Positions 10,086 to 22,412 of a DNA stretch of 64,000 nt are shown piece after piece; the first letter of the stretch is position 1; the number at the start of each line of letters is the position of its first letter. The notes under the pieces are model-generated. The model was not told the origin of the DNA, searched no databases, and saw only the letters and a program-made list of their open reading frames with translations. Source of the DNA: Mobula hypostoma (Eukaryota); contig NC_086108.1 in assembly GCF_963921235.1 (NCBI RefSeq), forward strand, positions 99,078,001 to 99,142,000, given 5' to 3'. Made by a program: the position numbers and the translations under genes.

Positions 10086-11416
10086 GTAACTGACTTGCTA
10101 GTCTCTCCCTTTAAATACTATACATATATATAAAAAACTAATAGAACTATAAACACCTTGCTTGCTAAATCAGAGTACTATTGCCAGTCCACAGTCTTGT
10201 GTCTGTTTTGTAACATGCCTCTATAAAATGCAGGACATGGTGAGGTTCTGTACTAATGCTATAGTACTGACCTGGTGTTAATAGTTCAGCAGACTAATAG
10301 GCAGCATGTCCACAGCAAATACCACTATGGCCTATTTATTGCCCCTGGTGTTTACGTAGACTAGTATTAATGTTGACATTAATGTGATGCGAGAGAGGAA
10401 ACTGACAAGTTTTACAACTCATATAAATGAATTATATTTACATCTGGGTAGATCAAATTTCTTCTCCCTGAGCCCTTTGAAGTCCAATGAAGGATCTCTA
10501 GAATCTGCATTGGAGAGACTACTGGTGCTTGAAAGGGCAGTTAGGATGGTTAGGGGCATTATACACTCTCTCCACTGTTTGTGAATACCCACCATCTTAC
10601 TACACTGCAGACATTCAAGGCAAAATTTATTCTCATTTGATTTGAACATTTGCAGGCCTTCAGTTATTGGGCGTTGTTGTTGTCAATACATTTTTACAAG
10701 GAGCCTTTGGGAAACTCCTCAAAGTGTTTTCTCTATCTCCTTCGAAACCTCTCGCTGCAGTAGAATTTGGCTGCTTTGGGAGCTTGGCTCCAGGCTTCAG
10801 ATTGAGATTTTTTATCATGTGTACATTGAAACATACCAGTGAAATGTGTTGTTTGTGTTAACAACCAATGCAACTGAAGGATGTGCTCGGGACACATTCC
10901 GGCACTGATATAGCATTTTCACAATGTTCGGCAGAAGAACACAAGCAGTAACAACATCAATAACAAAGCAAAACAAAATCAAATCAGATCTCTTTCCCAT
11001 CCTACACACACACACACACACCCCTCCAACCGCAGGATAATCTACCTCTGGGCCTCCAGTTGTTGAATTTGGACTCTCAGACTTGTAGACATCGGACTTC
11101 CTTCCTCCAGTCCCTGGTCCAGACTCACAGACTTGACTTTCAGGCCTCTACCTCTAGACTCACCGACTTTGGTCTTTGACCTTTCGGGCCCTAACCTCTG
11201 GACCTGAAGCTGTCTCAGTGTGGTTAGATCCTCAATCCTGGGATGTGGGAACACACTGCCTCAGATATAATTGTCCTAGTGTGCACTGAGTAACTAGTGT
11301 TTCTTCAACGTCTAGAGTGCTCCCTGTAGGTTCTTCATGACTCCACAGCACAGAGGTGGGTTGGAATTGGAATTCGATTATTGTTGTCACGTGTACCAAG
11401 ATGGGGACATAGAACA

Positions 11417-11803
11417 TTGAGGGGAGGTTTGATAGAGGTATGCAAAATTATGGAGAGTATAGATAGGGTAAATGCAAGCAGGCTTTTTCCACCAAGGTTG
11501 GTGGGACTACAACTAGAGGTCATGGGTTAAAGGAGTAAGGCAAGAAGTTTAAGGGGAACATGAGGGGCAGCTTCTTCACTCAGAGGGTTGTGAGAGTGTG
11601 GAATTAGCTGTCAGTGCAAGTGGTGCATGTGAGCTCCATTTCAACATTTTAAGAGAAGTTTGGATAGGTACTTGGATGGCAGGGGCTTGGAGGGTTATGG
11701 TCTGGCTACAGGTCGATGAGACCAGGCAATTTAAATGGTTTAGCACAGACTAGATGGGCCAAGTAACCCGTTTCTATGCTGTATTTTTCTATGACTCTGT
11801 GAC
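11417..11803 (+). mobile_element. CR1 LINE 3' fragment
   Basis: RGGLIEVCKIM and FFTQRVVRVWN-type segments, with a tail TTTCTATGACTCTGTGAC. Confidence 0.8.
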
Positions 11804-11874
11804 AAAAGTACACTTCGGTAGTAAAAAGGAGAACAGAATGCAGAGTAGTCTAAACACAAGGGATTCTGCAGAGC

Positions 11875-14200
11875 AGAATCAGAATTTGGTTTAATATCAC
11901 TGGCATATGTCATGAAATTTGTTGTTTTGCAGCAGCAGTACAATGCAATAAATAATTAGAAAAATCATAAACTACAATAAGAAATACATAGATAAAATTA
12001 AATAAAATAATTAGTACAAAAAGAGAGCAAAAATAGTGATTTTTAACAGTGTCCTTTCAAAAATCTGGTGATGGAGGGAAGAAGTTGTTCTTGAAACATT
12101 AAGTGTGTCTTCAGACTCCTGTACCTCCTCCTTGACGGTAGCAATGTGAGTAAGCATGTCCTGGGTGATGGGGGCACTTAATGATGAGTGCTGCCCTTTT
12201 GAGACATCGCCTTTTGAAGGTGTCTTTGAATGCTGGGGTGGTTAATCCCCATGATGGAGCTTGCTGAGTTTAGAACTTACTGCAGCTTTTTCTGATCCTG
12301 TGCAGTGGCCTCTCCCTACCAGGTAGCTCGAATGCCCTCCATGGTGCATCTGTAGAAATTTACGAGAGTCTATGGTGGCATATCAAGCCCCATCTCATTC
12401 TTAATGAACTATAGCCACTGTCATGCCTTCTTTGTAATTGCACCAACATGTTGGACCCAGGATGGATCTTCAGAGAAGTTGACACCCAAGAACTTGAAAC
12501 TACTCACCCTTTCCACTGTTGATCCCTTGACGAGGATTGCTGTGTGTTCCCTTGACTTCTCTTTCCTGAAGGCCACAATCAATTCCTTTTTGGTTTTGCT
12601 GACGCTGGGTGCAAAGGTTGTTGGTGTGACACCACTCAACACTCTACCAGCTGATCTATTTCACTCCTGAACGTCTCCTTGACATCATCTAAAATTTTGC
12701 CGCCAATAGTAGTGTCATCAGCAAATTTATAGATGATGTTTGAGCTGTGCCTTGCCACACTGTGCTGGTGCAAAGATAGTAGAACAGTGGGTTAAGCATG
12801 CATCCTTGAAGTGTACCAGTGTTGATTGACAGTGAGGAGGAGATATTATTTCCAATCCACACTGATTGTAGTGTCCCAGTGAGGAAGTCAAGGATCCCAT
12901 TACAGAGGGAGGTACAGAGGCGTAGGTTTTAGAGAAGGGTGATCAGAAGTGAGGGTATGATTGTGTTGAACTCTGAGCTGTAATCAATAAATAGCAGCCT
13001 GATCTGTTGCTATTTTCGAGGTGATCCAAGGCTAAACAAAGAGCTAGAGAGATTGTCACTGTAGATCTATTGTCCCAACGGGCAAATTGCAGTGGATCCA
13101 GGTCCTTGCTGAGGCAGGAGTTGATTCTGGCCATGACAACCTCTCAAAGCACTTCATCACAATAGATGTGAGTGCCACTGGGTGATGGTCTTTGAGTAGC
13201 TCACGCTGCTCTTCTTGGGCACTGGTACGACAGTCGCAATTCTGAAGCAGGTTGGAACCTCCGACTGCAGCAGTGAGACATTAAAGATGTCCTTGAACAC
13301 TCCCGCCTGTTGGTTGGCACAGGTTTTCAGTGCCCTACCAGGTAAACTATCAGGGCCCGACACCTTACAAGGGTTCTCCCTCTTGAAAGATGCTCTGACA
13401 TTGGTCTCTGAGACAGAGATCACAGGGTCACCAGACGCTGAAGGAATTCGCATAGGTGTAGTTTCATTTCACTTTTCAAAGCGTGCATAAAAGGCGTTAA
13501 GCTCATTTGGGTGTGAAGCATCAGAGCCATTCATGATGTTAGGTTTTGCCTTGTCAGAACAATGGCCTGCAAAACCTGTCAAAGCAAACATGCATCCAAT
13601 TCCTTCTCTAACTTCAGTTGGAATTGTTTCTACACTCTTAAAATAGATTTCCATAGGTCCTACCTGGATGTCTTGCAAAGTTCTGGATCACCGGTCTTGA
13701 ATGCCACAGATTGAACCTTCAGCGGACTACAAATCTCCTGGTTCATCCATGACTTTTGTCCGGTATGTATGCAAAGGCACACGTTCATCCACTCAGGCCT
13801 TGATGAACTTAATGACAACTGTGACATATCCATTCGGATTTGAAGATGAATATTGTTCAGTCCACCGATTTAAAGCAGATCTGTCAGCACTCCTCCATCT
13901 CCCTTGACCATATCTTCATGGTCCTCACCACCGGTGCTGCAGTCTTTAGACTCTGCTTGTAGACTGGGAGCAGGAGTACAGCCAGGTGATAGGAATTTCC
14001 AAAGTGTGGGCTAGGGATGGCACAGTAAGTGTTCTTGATGGTAGTATAACAGCGATCAAGTGTGTTGGCTCCTCTGGTTCCACAGGTGATATATTGGTGG
14101 TAGCTGTTCAGAGACTTCTTGAGGCTGGTGTGGATGACATCCTCCACAATGACGGGGAAGGTATCCGGGTGTGCTGATCATGGTGCTCCTGGTTTCCTGG
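11875..14200 (-). mobile_element. Rex1/Babar LINE, degenerate ORF (APE C-terminal part, RT, 3' UTR)
   Basis: TRGANTLDRCY..HFGNSYHLAVLLLP (APE). KVSGPDSLPGRALKTCA..IFNVSL..VVPVPKK, LDPLQFA, FADD at 12714-12725, and KTKKELIVAFRK..VERVSSFKFLGV. Confidence 0.88.
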
Positions 14201-15076
14201 TCAAGATGGCGCCAGTGTACAATGCTCCCTTGGTCAATATCTTCCAGATAACAAATGAAAATAGCTTTTTTACTTCTTTTATGCCTGGTTTTCATCTTGA
14301 ATGTGTTTCTGGGACAGTTAGAGCCTGCGATTTACAGCTTGGAGATCGTTTGAGTGATCCTGCGCTTTGCCGGCTCCGAGAAGATTGTGGGAAGTGAGCA
14401 CGTACTCGGAAAGCCTTGGTGCAAAGAAACTTCGAGACGGAGCGTGAGTCGATATTCGACGCCATTTCACCAATTAAAGCGTCCATTAATCGCTGTTTAA
14501 AGCATCGAGGCAGATTGAGAGATCAAGGTGAATGCAGAAGGCGAGTGTGAGTTTCAGCGCTGACTGCCTGTCTTTTGATCACTGCTGGAGCTCGAGTTTG
14601 TGAGCGGCTTTTTGCTGTGGCAGGCGTCGGACTCTTTGCCTTGTGTGGTGGCCCTCTCTTCTCTTTCGATGAATGTCAGTGATATTGTAGAACGGTATCA
14701 TGGTTCTGCATTTGTGGACTGTGGATTTTTACAGACATGGTTTTTATATTCTGTGTTTCTTTTTAACCGCCGGTATTTTTCCATTTTTTTGTGTGAGGAG
14801 AGGGTGTTTGGGGGTTGACGTTCTGTTAGTTTTCGTGAGGGGAGAAGATTTTTGGGGGACAATGTTCCTATTCCATTTTGTGTGGGGACAGGGGGTTTTG
14901 GGAGGGGGTGGGTTGATGATTGGGATGCTATTCTTTTTTGTATGGGGGAGGGGGTGGATTTGACGGTTCTCGCTGAATGACTTCCATGTTTTTTTCTTTG
15001 TTTTGTGGCTAACTGGAGAAATACAAATTTCAGAGTTGTGTATGGTTACATGCTTTGATAATAAATGAACCTTGGA
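14201..15076 (+). mobile_element. Unclassified non-coding insertion interrupting the Rex1 APE region
   Basis: Splits the APE reading between RQALEE (~15078) and its continuation at ~14195. Starts AAGATGGCGCC, has a G/T-rich body and ends AATAAA-TGAACCTTG. Confidence 0.5.
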
Positions 15077-15965
15077 ACTCTTCCAATGCTTGCCTGATGT
15101 TGGCTAGTGGTGGAATGCACACTGCAACTGAGGTGATGGTGGGAATCTCCCTCAGAAGATAAAATGGACAACACTTGGCCAATAGATGCTCCAGGTTGGG
15201 TGAGCAGGACTGGCACCGAACTGCTACATCTGTGCACCACAATGAGTTAATCATGAAGCAAGCGCTGCCTCCTCTACCTTTAAAAGACTTAGCTGTTCTG
15301 TCTTTGCAGTGGGTAGCACTCCCATCCAAAATAGCAAAGGATAGCAATGTTTCTGCGAAGCAAAGCACACAACAATCCCTGATGTCCTTCAGGTACTGCA
15401 ATCTTGATCTGAGGTCTTCAATTTTATTTTTCAGAGACTGTACATTCGCCAGCAGGACAGTAGGGAATGGGAGTCAAAGGGCTCTGTGTTTCAATTTTAC
15501 TTGCAGCCTGGTACACTTTCTGCATTTCCTCCAGTGCCTGCCTGACATTGGCCAGGGTTGGAATGTACACAGCACCCAGGATGATGGTGGAAAACTCCCT
15601 CGGCAAATAAAATGGATGACACTTGACTGTTAGATGTTCCAGGTCAGGTGAGCAGGACAGAGACACACCCACCACATCTATGCACCATGATGAGTTCATC
15701 ATACAGCATACTCCACATGCTCCACTGTTAAAAGACTCAGATGTCCTGTCTTTTCAGTGAATGGTAAAGCCCTCGAGCTGCAGTGCTGTGTCTGAAATGG
15801 TAGAGGAGAACCATGTTTCTATGAAGCAAAGTACAGAACAGTTTCTGATGTCCTTCTGATACTGCAATCTTACTCTGAGGTCTTCAGTTTTATTTCCCAG
15901 TGAGTGCACATTCACCAGCAAGATAGTCAGGATTGGGAGTTTACGATCTCTTTGTTTCAATTGTA
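15077..15965 (-). mobile_element. Rex1/Babar APE endonuclease N-terminus, two tandem copies
   Basis: LLVNVHSLGNKTEDLR..VLCFIETW..KCHPFYLPREF..AVYIP..RQALEE (15960-15525), then again DCCVLCFAET..KCCPFYLLREI..AVCIPP..RQALEE (~15500-15078). Confidence 0.85.
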
Positions 15966-16074
15966 GCTGCCTTCCCCGCTTCCTTTTTCTTAAAGAGGAA
16001 CTTTACTCATGTCCTGATTCTGTAGTCCAGGGTCTGTCGATTTTTGGGATCGATGGATTTTTAAATTCATCTTA

Positions 16075-16758
16075 AAAATCCCTGTTTTTCAAATCTACAG
16101 ATACACTCAGACAGAAACTCATTCACCCCAAGGATCTGACACCCAAACATAAACAGAGCAAGATTGTATATGCTATCCAATGCAATGAGAACTGCTCAGA
16201 TCTGTATTATCAGCGAGACAAAACTTCACAAACAGATGGCCCAACATAGGAGGACTAACACCTCAGGCCAAGACTCTGCTGTATATCTACATCTAAAGGA
16301 CAAGGGACACTCCTTTGCTGATAACAAAGTGCACATTTTGGACAGGGAGGACAGGTGGTTTGAAAGAGGGGCTAAAGAAACCATCTTTGTCAAACTGGAA
16401 AACCCATCCCTGAACAGAGGGGGTGGGGGTTCAACACCACGTACCAGCTACTTATACTGCAGTCCTAACATCTTTACCTGGCATCTCCACAACAGTTCAC
16501 CCCTCCATTCATGCAAATGTAAGACTAATGACTCTCTCATTACCTCTATAACTCTTAATGACCCTCATGCGGTTGTTGTACCTTTAAACAATCCACATAG
16601 TTTATAAACTGAAAAACTAGCCACCATGGATTAGAGTTGAAGAAGCCCCTCGGATGAGTGGTGAAGTGGCTTCTAGACAACACAGCAAGTCCAGCTGCCT
16701 TGATTTACTACTGCTTGGTATACAATGACCCGGATGACTGAGAACTTTCACAGACATC
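16075..16758 (+). mobile_element. Second Penelope-like family: GIY-YIG domain and pseudo-LTR
   Basis: YAIQC.E.CSDLY, LHKQMAQHRR..SAVYLHLKDKGHSF..ILDREDRWFERGAKETIFVKLENPSLNRGGG. Decayed hammerhead at ~16637-16670. Confidence 0.85.
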
Positions 16759-16889
16759 TTAAAATGATGCTGCTTACTGACGTACCCATGGATGTGACTG
16801 GATTTCAGCTGTAGCTCTCCTAAACGGGAATATTTGGTGATTCCCTTCTGAGCTGTACCCAAAGAATCACCACTTATTAGTGCCATCTT

Positions 16890-17135
16890 AAGCGAAAAAA
16901 CTGGAAATCCAGAGCAATGCATTCAAAATACTGGAGGAACTCAGCAGGTCAGGCAGCATCTGTGGAGAGGAATAGCAGTGGCAGTTTTGGGCTGAGACCC
17001 TTCGTTAGTACTGGAAAGAAAGTGGGGGTGGGAAGCCAGATTTAGAAGGGGGGGTGATGAGGAGGAGTACGATCTGATAAGTGATAGATGAAGCCGCTGA
17101 GGGGGGCAGGTAGGTGTGGTTGGGGGGGGGTGATG
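16890..17135 (-). mobile_element. PLE pseudo-LTR fragment
   Basis: CTGGAGGAACTCAGCAGGTCAGGCAGCATC end motif. Minus strand CAGTACTAACGAAGGGTCTCAGCCCAAAA is a decayed hammerhead. Confidence 0.7.
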
Positions 17136-17849
17136 AAAAAAATGTTTCAGATACAGTACACTGCAGTTGAGACAGAGAGGCAACATGCAAGGGCTAACGA
17201 TGAAGTAGACTGGGAGATCAGAAGTTCACCTTTTAGTGTAACAGAGCACTAACGTGCTCAGTGCCCACTTCAGGAGACACCTAATAAAGTATATGTCGGC
17301 GATACTTGACCTGATTCCTGATGGCGCAGGAAAATAGGGTTAAGGTAGAACAGTCCCAATCTTATTGGAAATTCGGGGGAATGAGGGTCTGAATGGCTAC
17401 TCCTATTCTTCCTTGTTAAGTTCTTACGTTCTGAAAGGGAAAAAATAGCAGCTGGATGTGGATTAAGAGCCATTTAACAAGTCACTTTCATGCGGCGCGC
17501 CGAGTGTGCCTGCGTTTTCCTCTCTGTCAGTTTGAAGTAAGTCAGCGCCCGGGCAAGGGGCGCAGACACTGTCGGTTTTAGTGCGATGCATAAAGCCCAA
17601 GTGGTTACGGATTTACAAGCACTCACTTTGATATCAGTGTAAGTGGAGAAGAAGTTTTACCAAGTGTTATGTTGAAGGATTAGACCTGTAACTTTTATGT
17701 GGATCTCAAGCCTTTTGAAAATTCTTTTTTTTTCCCCATCGCTGTCTGAACACGATAATAAAGGTGAAGAGTGAACTGTGCATTGGCAGAATCCACTGTA
17801 GGCTTTGTCTAATCTCATCTCTCACTTTAACGATTTTTAAAATTATAAA

Positions 17850-19330
17850 CCTATTTGGCATCAGAAAGAAAACAATGGCAAATTGGAAAGGAGCGTCACT
17901 CCTGAACTTATAACCCTGGCGGCTTCATGCTCCAGTCAATTCTCTTATCAGGCAACTTACATTAAAAGCCTTCATGGGGGTTGCTCCTTTGCAGACCCGT
18001 CACTGTATTGGGAAAGAACAAAAAAAAATTAAAAAGAATGGAGATTAATTTATCATTAAGGCACTGCTTAATTGAAGTCAATTCTGAACAAAGTTGAATT
18101 CAATTTCTGCTCATTAAACGGAATGCGCTTTGCTTCCCTGCCTGCCTGGCTTCGAGCAGACAGCTGAGAGAACAAGAGGGAACATCAGAATTATTAAATT
18201 GAGGAGATTTTATTTGGTCATCGCATGCCAGGACTGCTTTGATTAGGACATTTTTTGGCACAGAAAAGGCAGAAGAGCAGCTGGAGGGAAGAATCAAATG
18301 AAACTAAGCCTTGGAAAATTGAAGAAAGTGCGAGCTTAATAATATTTAATAATTGAATTTCCACAAACAATAGCGGCAAATGAAGTAATCTGCAAAGTGT
18401 GCAAACTCATTTGCATAATTGATGCTGGTCCCTCCTGTAAATGAATAATGAAGATAATAAAAGATGTTGCTAAAAATGTGCACAATAACAGCAAATTTCA
18501 TCAAGCCGCATTCTCTGATTAATCTGCCCTTGCAAATCAGCATTGAGAGGGGACAGTGTGATTAACCGCACTGGGGACTGCAGCGGTAGGCATCCTGCCC
18601 TCTCTTCCCCCCTCAGATGGCAGGTGCTGCAGGCTGCCTCTCGTACCGAGCAGCCCATGAGAAGGTATCCTTTCCGAGAAAGCAGCACAGCAATGATTCA
18701 GAACACTAACCCATGGAAAAAAAGAAACGCATTTATAAGCCTCCTTCAATTTGAAGCGATTGATCGCTATAAGCTTCAGTGCAACCGAGTCCGAGATAGA
18801 ATATACGTCTTGGTAAATGTTTTCCCTTTTCATACACTGCCATCTGGGTTCATTTGGTCGCTCTACTTGCTAGCAAATTGCCAAAGGTGGGCTACATAAT
18901 TTCCTTATGCTGTTAACAATAGGTTTCAAAACTATTCTCGTATTCATGGAAGGTTAAACAGATTTTTATAAAATCGCACCCCTTTCAAAATTTGAAGGCT
19001 TTGAAGGAGCCCGTGGGGTGGACAGTACAAAAAGGACTTCCTGGATCAAACATTATTTGGCAGAGGGAAGTTAACCCTAATCAGAGCTCTCTTGATCCTT
19101 GACACAAAGGCATTTTTCCCCAAATTTTAAGAATCTTCACACGGAATCCGTTTTAACACCTCCAGTCACAGAATCATTAACAAAATTGCCAAACGTGTTC
19201 TGGTTATGTAAGCTAATTAAGAGAAGCAGTGACAAGGAGGACAGCAAATTGGATAATACTGAGTTTAAATTATGGCCTAATGCCTTTAAATGTAATTAGG
19301 GCTTAATGTTAACTTTAGAATTTCAAAGTG
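17850..19330. promoter_or_regulatory. Repeat-free block, candidate conserved non-coding element or enhancer
   Basis: No recognisable TE. Dense TAAT/ATTA motifs, SOX-type AACAAT (~17871, 18366) and octamer ATTTGCAT (18409-18416) abutting TAATTG. Confidence 0.35.
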
Positions 19331-19410
19331 TGAATGGCTTGTAGTGATTTTAAACAATATTTCTTCTTATTGAGGCCACACACATTTTTTGGTGTTTAAG
19401 TCTCAATCTA

Positions 19411-19927
19411 TACTTAGTGGCCACTTTATTAGGTACAGGAGTGGACCCCGATGTCGTCTTCTTCTGCTGTTAAATGTATTGTGCATTCAGAGATGCTCTT
19501 CTTCAGACCACCATTGTAACACATGGCTATCTGAGTTACTGTTGCTTTCCTGTCAGCTTGAACCTGTCTGGCCGTTTCCTCTAATCTCCCTCATTTACAA
19601 GGTGTTTTTGCTCACAGAACTGCTGCTCGCTGGAAGTTTTTTAGTTAATTGCACCATTCTCTGTAAATTCTAGATACTGTTGTGCGTGAAAATTCCAGGA
19701 GGTCAGTAGTTTCTGAGAAACTCAAACCACCCCACTTGGCACCAACAATCACAGTTACTTAGACCACATTTCTTTCTCATCCTGATGTTTGGTCTGAACA
19801 ACAGCTGGAACTCTGGGCCATATCTGTATGTTTTTATGCATTGAGTTGCTGCCACATGACTGGATGTTTTGATATTTGCATTAACATGCAGGTGTACAGG
19901 TGTAACTAATAAAGTGGCCACTGCGTG
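19411..19927. mobile_element. Non-autonomous Tc1/mariner element (MITE)
   Basis: TIRs TACTTAGTGGCCACTTTATTAGGTACA / TGTAACTAATAAAGTGGCCACTGCGTG, flanked by TA on both sides. Confidence 0.85.
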
Positions 19928-19929
19928 TA

Positions 19930-20250
19930 TGTTGTGAAATTTGTTGTTTTGCGGTAGCAGTGTATACATAATAAAAATTAAATAAAATAAATAGAGCAAA
20001 AATAGTGAGGTAGTCATCATGGGTTCGTTCATTGTCCATTCAGAAATCTGATGGTGGAGGAGCTGCTCCTAAAATGTTGAGCATATGTCTTCAGGCTCCT
20101 GCACCTTCCCTCTGATGGTAGTAACTAGAAGAGAGCATATCTTGTGTGATGGGAATCCTTAATTTTGGATGTCACCATTTTGATACAATGCCTTTGAGAC
20201 ATCTTCGATGCTGGGGAGGCTGGTGCCCTTGATGGAGCTCAGTGGCTTTA
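19930..20250 (-). mobile_element. Rex1/Babar 3' fragment
   Basis: Colinear with 11910-12270 (GAAATTTGTTGTTTTGC.., TCTTCAGGCTCCTG..). Confidence 0.7.
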
Positions 20251-20271
20251 CAGTACTGCCCTATTTCCATA

Positions 20272-20555
20272 TAGAGGATGTTTCCTATAGTGGGGAGTCT
20301 AGCACCAGAGAGCACTGCCTAGGAAAGGGGGACAACCCTCTAGAATAGAGATGAGGAGTGATTTCTTCAGCCAGGGGTGACGAATCTGTGGAATTCATTG
20401 CCACAAACAGCTATGGAGGCCAAGCCATTAGGTATTTAAAGTGGAGGTTGATAGGTTCTTGATTAGTAAGGGCATCCAAGTTACAGGGAGAAGGCAAGAG
20501 AATGGGATTGAAAGGAATAATAAATCAGCCATGATGGAAGGACAGAGCAGATGCA
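20272..20555 (+). mobile_element. CR1 LINE 3' fragment
   Basis: Matches 6520-6870; VEVDRFLISKG. Confidence 0.8.
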
Positions 20556-20564
20556 ATTGGTTTA

Positions 20565-21141
20565 AATTTGGCCTGTCCCCTAAAATCCTCACTAATTTTT
20601 ATAGATGCACTGCAGAAAGCATTCTTCTAGCGTTCATCACAACCGGGTATGGAAGTTGTCCTGTCCAAGACCGGAAGAAGCTGCAGAAGATCATGATCCC
20701 AGCACATCACACAAACCAATCTTCCGTCCTTGGACTCACTTTACACCATACACTGTCGGAGCAGTGCTGCCAGGATAACCAAGGACACGACCCACCCAGC
20801 CATCAGACTTTTTGTCCCTCTTCCTCCAGGAAAAGGCTTAGGAGCTTGAAGACTCGTACGGCCAGATTTGGGAACAACTTCTTTCCAACTGTGATAAGAT
20901 TGCTGAAAGGATCCCGACCTGGATCTGGGTCATACCCTCCAAATATCCGGACCTGCCTCTCGGTTTTTTTGCACTACCTTACTTTCCATTTTCTATTTTC
21001 TATTTATGATTTATAATTTAAATTTTTAATATTTACTATTGATTTGTACTCCAGGGAGTGCGAAGCGCAGAATCAAATATCACTGTGATGACTGTACGTT
21101 CCAGTATCAATTGTTTGGCGACAATGAAGTATAAAGTATAA
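20565..21141 (+). mobile_element. Rex1/Babar 3' fragment
   Basis: ILTNFYRCTAESILL..GYGSC..DRKKLQKI and RTARFGNNFFPTVIRLL, with a tail (AAGTATA)2. Confidence 0.85.
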
Positions 21142-21363
21142 ATGGCCTAAATCTGTGTTGATGTTTTATGGTCATATGGACATCAGAGAGAAATTGGAAG
21201 CCCACCATTTCTGTGGTGGTGCCCAGGATGCATGGTCCAGTTTGCTGGAATGCAAGGATACCTTCAACCAACCTTGGACAATAAAAAAATAATGTTGAAC
21301 ATTGTACATGCCAAATTGGCAGTGACCACTCCACCTTTTAGATGCGTCTTAAATCTACCCCTT

Positions 21364-21955
21364 GATTCCTTAAGGTTGTTCTAGCTGGAGGTGATGGTGG
21401 GGACAATCTCCCACTACCTATTAAATGCTTTCAATGACGTGCACCTCAAATCACCTCTGAAAACGTAGTCCATCTCTTGGCCTTCATGTGTGGCTGAGCT
21501 ACGAAGCCCGGTGGAACCATTTCTATTGACAAGAGAAGGGGAAAAGGTAGCTATTGACACCTTAAAATCAGTCATTTTTGGCAAATGGGGCTCACCACTG
21601 GTGACTGGCAGATCATCTAGGGGAAGGAAAACTTTGATCTCAAATCTCAGCTGCCTTGCAGCAATACACAGCCATAGGGGAGGCTTTGGGAGTAAACCCT
21701 GAAGAAAAAATTCAGAGCTGGAATCCCCAAGGCAGTCCTATGTTGAGTTCCACATTGACTGGCAACTCATGTGACACTGTTGGTGCCAAATTGTATAGGT
21801 CTCTGCTGTTCTTTTGGAATTATCAGATGTGTGGAGATGGGGAGCCTGCTACTGGGGCAACAGCTTGCTCTCCATATTGTACTGCCCTGGCTCGTGTATC
21901 TAGACAGCTGGGATGTAACATCCAAGGTCGACCCTGAGCGATGGAGGTCTCACTA
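21364..21955 (+). mobile_element. Non-autonomous retroposon, family B copy 2 (full length)
   Basis: 13-bp TSD AAATCTACCCCTT (21351-21363) / AAATCTACCACTT (21956-21968). Colinear with 3898-4443. Confidence 0.78.
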
Positions 21956-22327
21956 AAATCTACCACTTCGGGCAAGCTTTGGTCATCTATCTTTTAATAT
22001 CCCTACATGGCCTGTTTAACTAATACTTTCTTGTAGTTAATGCTTTAGGGAAAATTCACTATGTTGGAGTCAGCATATCTGTGGTAGTTATTATTGTCAA
22101 AATAAACACTATGGATACCCAAAGGCAATTTGCTATGATGCCCTTCGGGAGAATGTTTAAGCAAATCTTTCCTTTTGTATTTTGTGCTCCAGTTCTGTAA
22201 CTTCTATGTAACCTTCTGTCCATAATGAAGAACAACTTGTTTTCTTTCCAAAGTTAGGGAAAGATCATAGATAAATTAATAGACCCAAGAAGTATTGTGG
22301 ATGCAGAAAATCTAGAGCAATACTCAC

Positions 22328-22412
22328 AAGGGTCTCGGTCCAAAATGTCGACTGTTTTATTCCCATCCATAGATGCTGCCTGACCTGCTGAGCTCCTCCA
22401 GCAGAATGTGTC
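22328..22412 (+). mobile_element. PLE terminal fragment
   Basis: AAGGGTCTCGGTCCAAAATGTCGACTG..AGATGCTGCCTGACCTGCTGAG, similar to 895-965. Confidence 0.7.

Noticed and set aside
10090..10800. Unique-looking sequence as a possible host exon
   Set aside because: Only short ORFs, with no recognisable protein similarity or convincing splice sites.
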